Assembly: GCA_964016885.1 (NCBI GenBank)
Contig: OZ024754.1
Span: 8,432,001-8,496,000 of the forward strand
From: Eledone cirrhosa
Taxonomy: Eukaryota
Length of the DNA stretch: 64,000 nt
Direction of reading: 5' to 3'
Within the stretch, counting starts at the first letter, position 1; each line of letters starts with the position of its first letter. The notes below the pieces were generated by a model. That model was not told where the DNA came from. It worked only from the letters and a program-made list of their open reading frames with translations, and did no database searches. The position numbers and the translations under genes are program-made. Below are positions 59,101 to 64,000 of this stretch, piece after piece.

Positions 59101-59930
59101 TCTAGAGCAAGGGGACAGTGTTTCCCCCGGAGGATGGTGAGGGAGACGCGCTGAAAGATCCATTCCAGCTCGCGGGGCTCCCGCCTGCGGGTAGCCAACT
59201 CTGTGCCGATGATGGTGAGCAGGGAGGTGGCCCTAGGGCCAAGGACACTAGAAGTCTCCACTGTTAAAGGCTCGACCGCAAACACTGATATACAAATCAT
59301 CCTAAACACAAGAAAGCCACTGTTGTACTATGATGTGTCTTTCTGGATTAATAAAAGCACGATCAACTGTTATAACCAGCCTCAAAATCGCGAACTTCTA
59401 AGATATAACCCTGGGTATAAATACAGGCCTACGCGGGAAGGGCCTGCCATAAACCAAACGGAGTAAGCAGAACGAAGAGCATCATTAATTGAACTTGCAG
59501 TATCTCACTTACAAAACAATATAACCCTCTCCAGGTCTGAGTACAGCAGATTTCTTCCAAAGAAAGATAGAAAGTGAGAGAGAAGAAACGAGAAAGAAAT
59601 ATAGAGGAAGAATCGACCCCAGTACTAGACTTGGTAATTCTTTTATTACCCTCAAAAGATAGAGAGAAAACGAGAAAGAGATATAGAAGAAGAATTGACC
59701 CCAGTACTAGACTGGTACCTTTTTTTTATTACCCTCAAAAGATAGAGAGAAAATGAGAAAGAGATATAGAAGAAGAATCCAGCCCAGTATCAGACTGGTA
59801 CTTTTTTATCGACCTCGAAAGGATGAAAGGCAAAGTTGACCTCGGCAGGATTTGAACTCAGAGAGCAGCGAGCCGGAACGATTACCATAAAACATTCTAT
59901 CGACTTTCTAACAACTCTGTCAATTCCCTA
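59101..59930 (-). mobile_element. CRE-fragment composite (paralog of 33800-34385) followed by SINE family A
   Basis: Long near-identity to the 33800 block. Confidence 0.75.
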
Positions 59931-60597
59931 CCTTAAATTATATATGAGTGCATTTTAAAAATGTTTAATTGAAAATTGAAGTAAATATATCTCCTTAATA
60001 AAACACACGTTCTGTAGTGTTGTGACACAATAGATCAATATTTCTGAGAATGTAAATATGTGTATTTGAACTTCATTTAGATAAAATTATTTTAAATAAA
60101 CTTGATTGATACTTAAAATTATATCAATAGTTATGTATAAACAATGTTATCGTAACATAACTTAAGACAGACTATATTCTCAAGTGTCCAAATCTATTTG
60201 TTTTCATCCATTTTAGCTCCTTTTCCACATTCTCTGCCTACACCTCTCACTGTCGGCTGTAGCTATTGTTTTCCAATTGTTCGTTTCGATTTCTTTAAAT
60301 ATTTATTCGCGAACAAACACAATAAACCTTTAAATTCTGTTTACTAATCTTTTCTTTCGTTAAACAATAAGAAAATACAGTTTAATTTTTTATTATATAT
60401 TTCTTTTCAAACTTGTTTGTTTCGATAAATGCCATTGTTGTTTGAGCTATAAATCTATCGCCTGCTGCTTCCATCGTAAAGACGTCAACATTCTAAACGC
60501 CATTTTAACTTCGTCTCGTCTTTGTGTCATCTCTTTTGAAGTTGCTCGAACAATGTCCCTCGTCCTTTTTCTCTATCCGCCTCTCTCTCTCTCTCCA

Positions 60598-60747
<150 letters not shown>

Positions 60748-60762
60748 TACATATATATATAC

Positions 60763-60876
<114 letters not shown>

Positions 60877-61964
60877 GCCTTTCTCTCTCTCTTTCTCTCT
60901 CTACCCTCTCCCGTATCCCTCTCTATCTCTCATCCCTCTCACGTATCCCCCTCTCCCCCTTCTATCTCTCTATATCATATCTTCTTTCTGTTTAAATCAT
61001 ATATAGTGTACATTATACGTCGAAATGAACTGCGGAAGACCCGATACCAACCAACAAAGTAAAGAGTCTGAATAATTGAAAAAGGAAAGAAATAAAAACC
61101 ATTCTTTCATCGGTCGAACGTTGAATGATATGTAGCTAACAGAACAATAGATAATCTATAGAAAAACATTTTCAATGCAACTGTTATGTTATGTATATTT
61201 CAAGATGGTGGAAGTAGCTGCCAAACAAATTGACTGAATACTTCATAAAATATAACGTCCTCTTCCCAGTTCCACCCTACACACGGGAGAAACATTTTAC
61301 GAGATTCAACTTTGTTTGTTTTTTGTTGTTTTTTGTTGTTGTTTTATTGTTTTTGTTGTTGTTGTTTTGTGAGGTTTTTTTGTTGTTTTTCGTCATAAAA
61401 GTGGAATGAATCTCCGTCAGTTTTGATGTTCGATCAAAGGATCAACCTGTTTGTGAACTTAAACAAACTGGCTGAATATTCCACAGACAGGTGTATTCAG
61501 CGTAACATAGAGTATCGCAAGGCTTTCAAATTACAGGTACAGTTTCCTATCTATCTCTACCAAATTTTACTCGCAGACCATGGGTCGACCCGAAACTATA
61601 GTAAATGATGCTTTACCAAGTTTTCAGGCTGTGTTTTCATTGCTCAGCTAAGATGACACTGACTTAAAGATAACTGGTTCTGACGAGTGCCTTAGTTGTG
61701 TTTTCATTACTCATTCCATTTTCGTTTCAATTTTTCTGCAGCGACTATGACTTTAGTCTCTCGAGGCATTTTTCATGTTTTCTTTTTTTTTTCTTTTACT
61801 TATTTAACCCATTGGCCCACCGAGCATTGCCCAAATTCCTGTGTGGCCAGTACGCTACAGCATGCAGTTAGGATCGAACCCAGTACATTGCGGCTGCGAA
61901 GCGCACTTTTTTCACCATTTGTCTATTTCTGTGTGCACTAACTGGGAAAATAACTCCTGCACCA

Positions 61965-62370
61965 AATAATTGTTTCTACTTTTGGCGCAAGGCCAGCAAT
62001 TACCCAGTGCATTACTGGTACTTTATTTTATCGACCCCGTAAGGATGAAAGGCTAAGTTAATCTCGGCGAGATTTGAACTCAGACCAGAAAGGGGAGTAA
62101 CTCTCTCTGCTGCAAAGCATGACATCCGACCCTCTACCGCTACTGACAATCCACCGCCTACCAATCTAATTTAGGCACAAAGCCAACAATTTGAGGGGAG
62201 GGTCAAGTCGATTAAATCGAGGACAGTGTATTACTGGTACTGCATATTATCGACCCTGTAAGGATGAAAAGCAAAGTTAACCCAGGCGGAATTTGAACTC
62301 AGAACATAAATAGACGTAACTCTATGCCGCAAAGCATGTTGTCCGACGCTCTACCGATGCAGCCCATCCA
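61965..62370 (-). mobile_element. SINE family A, two copies
   Basis: Reverse-strand core. Confidence 0.85.
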
Positions 62371-62547
62371 TAATAGAAACGCAGTTAGTGACATTCCTCT
62401 TTGTGATTGTAAATTGTTAAGCTGATAAGAGAAAACATTCACAGCTTTAATCCAGCTGCCTACTTCTTAACCACTCAAATGTCTTAGACACAAACATAGA
62501 GAAGGATTTGCCAGGTTTTAACTGGTGTGGTGGTGGGAGGCGGAGGA

Positions 62548-62662
62548 GGAGAAGAAGAAGAAGAAGAAGAAGAAGAAGAAGAAGAAGAAGAAGAAGAAGA
62601 AGAAGAAGAAGAAGAAGAAGAAGAAGAAGAAGAAGAAGAAGAAGAAGAAGAAGAAGAAGAAG

Positions 62663-62739
<77 letters not shown>

Positions 62740-62740
62740 A
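62548..62740. repeat. (GAA)n(CAA)n microsatellite
   Basis: Direct reading. Confidence 0.97.
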
Positions 62741-63137
62741 GAAGAAAAAAGAAGAGGAAAAAGAAGAAAAAAAGAAAGAAAAAGGTTTCCCCTTGGAGAA
62801 GAGGATTTCTTTCTTGAAAGTCTGTCTTTAAAATGTCTTCCATATAAATCTATTCTACACTTTCGGCCATGTTTCTATCACTTCCCTCATCCAACATCAT
62901 CGCCACCATAACAGTTAACTTTATGACAGCCGAAAGTTGTTACTACTTGAAGAAGTTGAGGTTTTTAGTTTTATATTCCTATATTGGTTAATATATTGGC
63001 AGTGTCAAACTTCAATGCCACATACTCAATTAGCTATAATGGACTCTCACATGGATAGATCTGTTATTTTTATCTAAAGACATTTTTTTCAAATTCCACC
63101 CCGCCCGTCCCTTAAATCTGTCTAATTTCTCATTCTT

Positions 63138-63173
63138 TCTTCTGATGAAGGACTAGCGTCCGAAATGTTAAGA
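63138..63173 (+). ncRNA. Minimal type I hammerhead (Penelope-like)
   Basis: TCTT-CTGATGA-A GGAC TAGC GTCC-GAA-ATGT-T^AAGA. Confidence 0.7.
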
Positions 63174-63498
63174 CCTTCTTCCTGCTATTTCAAGTTTTAA
63201 CCTAATATATTCCTTCCATATACTGTACCGATTGTGTTGTTATTTCTGTTTACCTTTTACATATATATATATATATATATTGTTATATTTGGGGAGGGTC
63301 ATATTTGTGTAATATTGCCAGAATTAATAACAGAACACACTCACTGTTTGGTTGGTTTTCGCTTCTCGCTGTCTTTTATATATATATATCTGCGATCTAA
63401 CTTACTCGGTCCTCAATGTTGCCATTGACTGACCGGCGGTCAAAAATAATACAGATACAATATAGACACAAACACATATATATAGTTTACATAATTTA

Positions 63499-63536
63499 CA
63501 TAAATCTTTCGTTGCACATCTGCAACATCGTCAGTG
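63499..63536 (-). ncRNA. Hammerhead candidate with weak stem I
   Basis: Minus strand: CA-CTGACGA-T GTTGCA GATG TGCAAC-GAA-AGATTT-A^TG. Confidence 0.55.
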
Positions 63537-64000
63537 GTGTTATATTCATTGTTCCTCCTGTTGTGTTGTATGTCTACGCCATTTTTTTTGTTCAGTCTGT
63601 CTATATATTTATTTATTTATTTGCTTGTTTGTTTATCTTATTTTATTTTGTCTTCTTTGCGCATGCGTTTGCGTGTGTGTATAGTGTTATGTGTGATGTG
63701 TGACTAGTGTGTATAGTGTTGTGTCTGCTGGGTGACTAGTGTGTGTTTATGTGCTTGTGTATGTATTTGTTTATCTTATTTTTTTAAATTTTATTTACTT
63801 ATTTATACTTCTCTTAGGTCAGTGTTGTTTGTTTGGGTGTTGTTGTTGTTCCACTCATTCTTTCTGTTTAGCTTTGGTCTTCTAATTTCTATTTCACTGG
63901 CCTCTCTGATTTGCCTATCTGCTGGGTCATTCCTATGTTTAGATATTATTCTAATTTCTATGTTGTCTATGTTACCGTCATGTTGTTGTCTAGCATGTTC

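Noticed and set aside
61680-61686. CTGACGA hammerhead core
   Set aside because: No GAAA or closing stems.

Overview
AT-rich, microsatellite-saturated animal DNA. The SINE repertoire and the extreme (TA)n/(CA)n load suggest a coleoid cephalopod, probably Octopus (inference). One intact protein-coding gene is supported: an intronless class A GPCR of the vasopressin/GnRH/CCAP-NPS receptor superfamily (35161-36585, +). Most other ORF-track entries are microsatellite artefacts or retrotransposon fragments (R4/Dong, CRE, RTE). The window also holds SINEs, a MITE family, a Helitron end and minisatellites. The main unannotated signal is a dense set of type I hammerhead ribozymes (HHRs): about 20 candidates with a complete CTGANGA...GAAA...NTH core and stems I-III folded by eye, from more than 10 sequence families. 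They lie in small non-coding elements embedded in (TA)n, mostly as fold-back inverted repeats, and include a tandem retrozyme-like array at 30.7-32.4 kb. This resembles Penelope-like pLTR/retrozyme biology with several unusual variants. All folds are manual, no activity is shown, and repeat boundaries are approximate.
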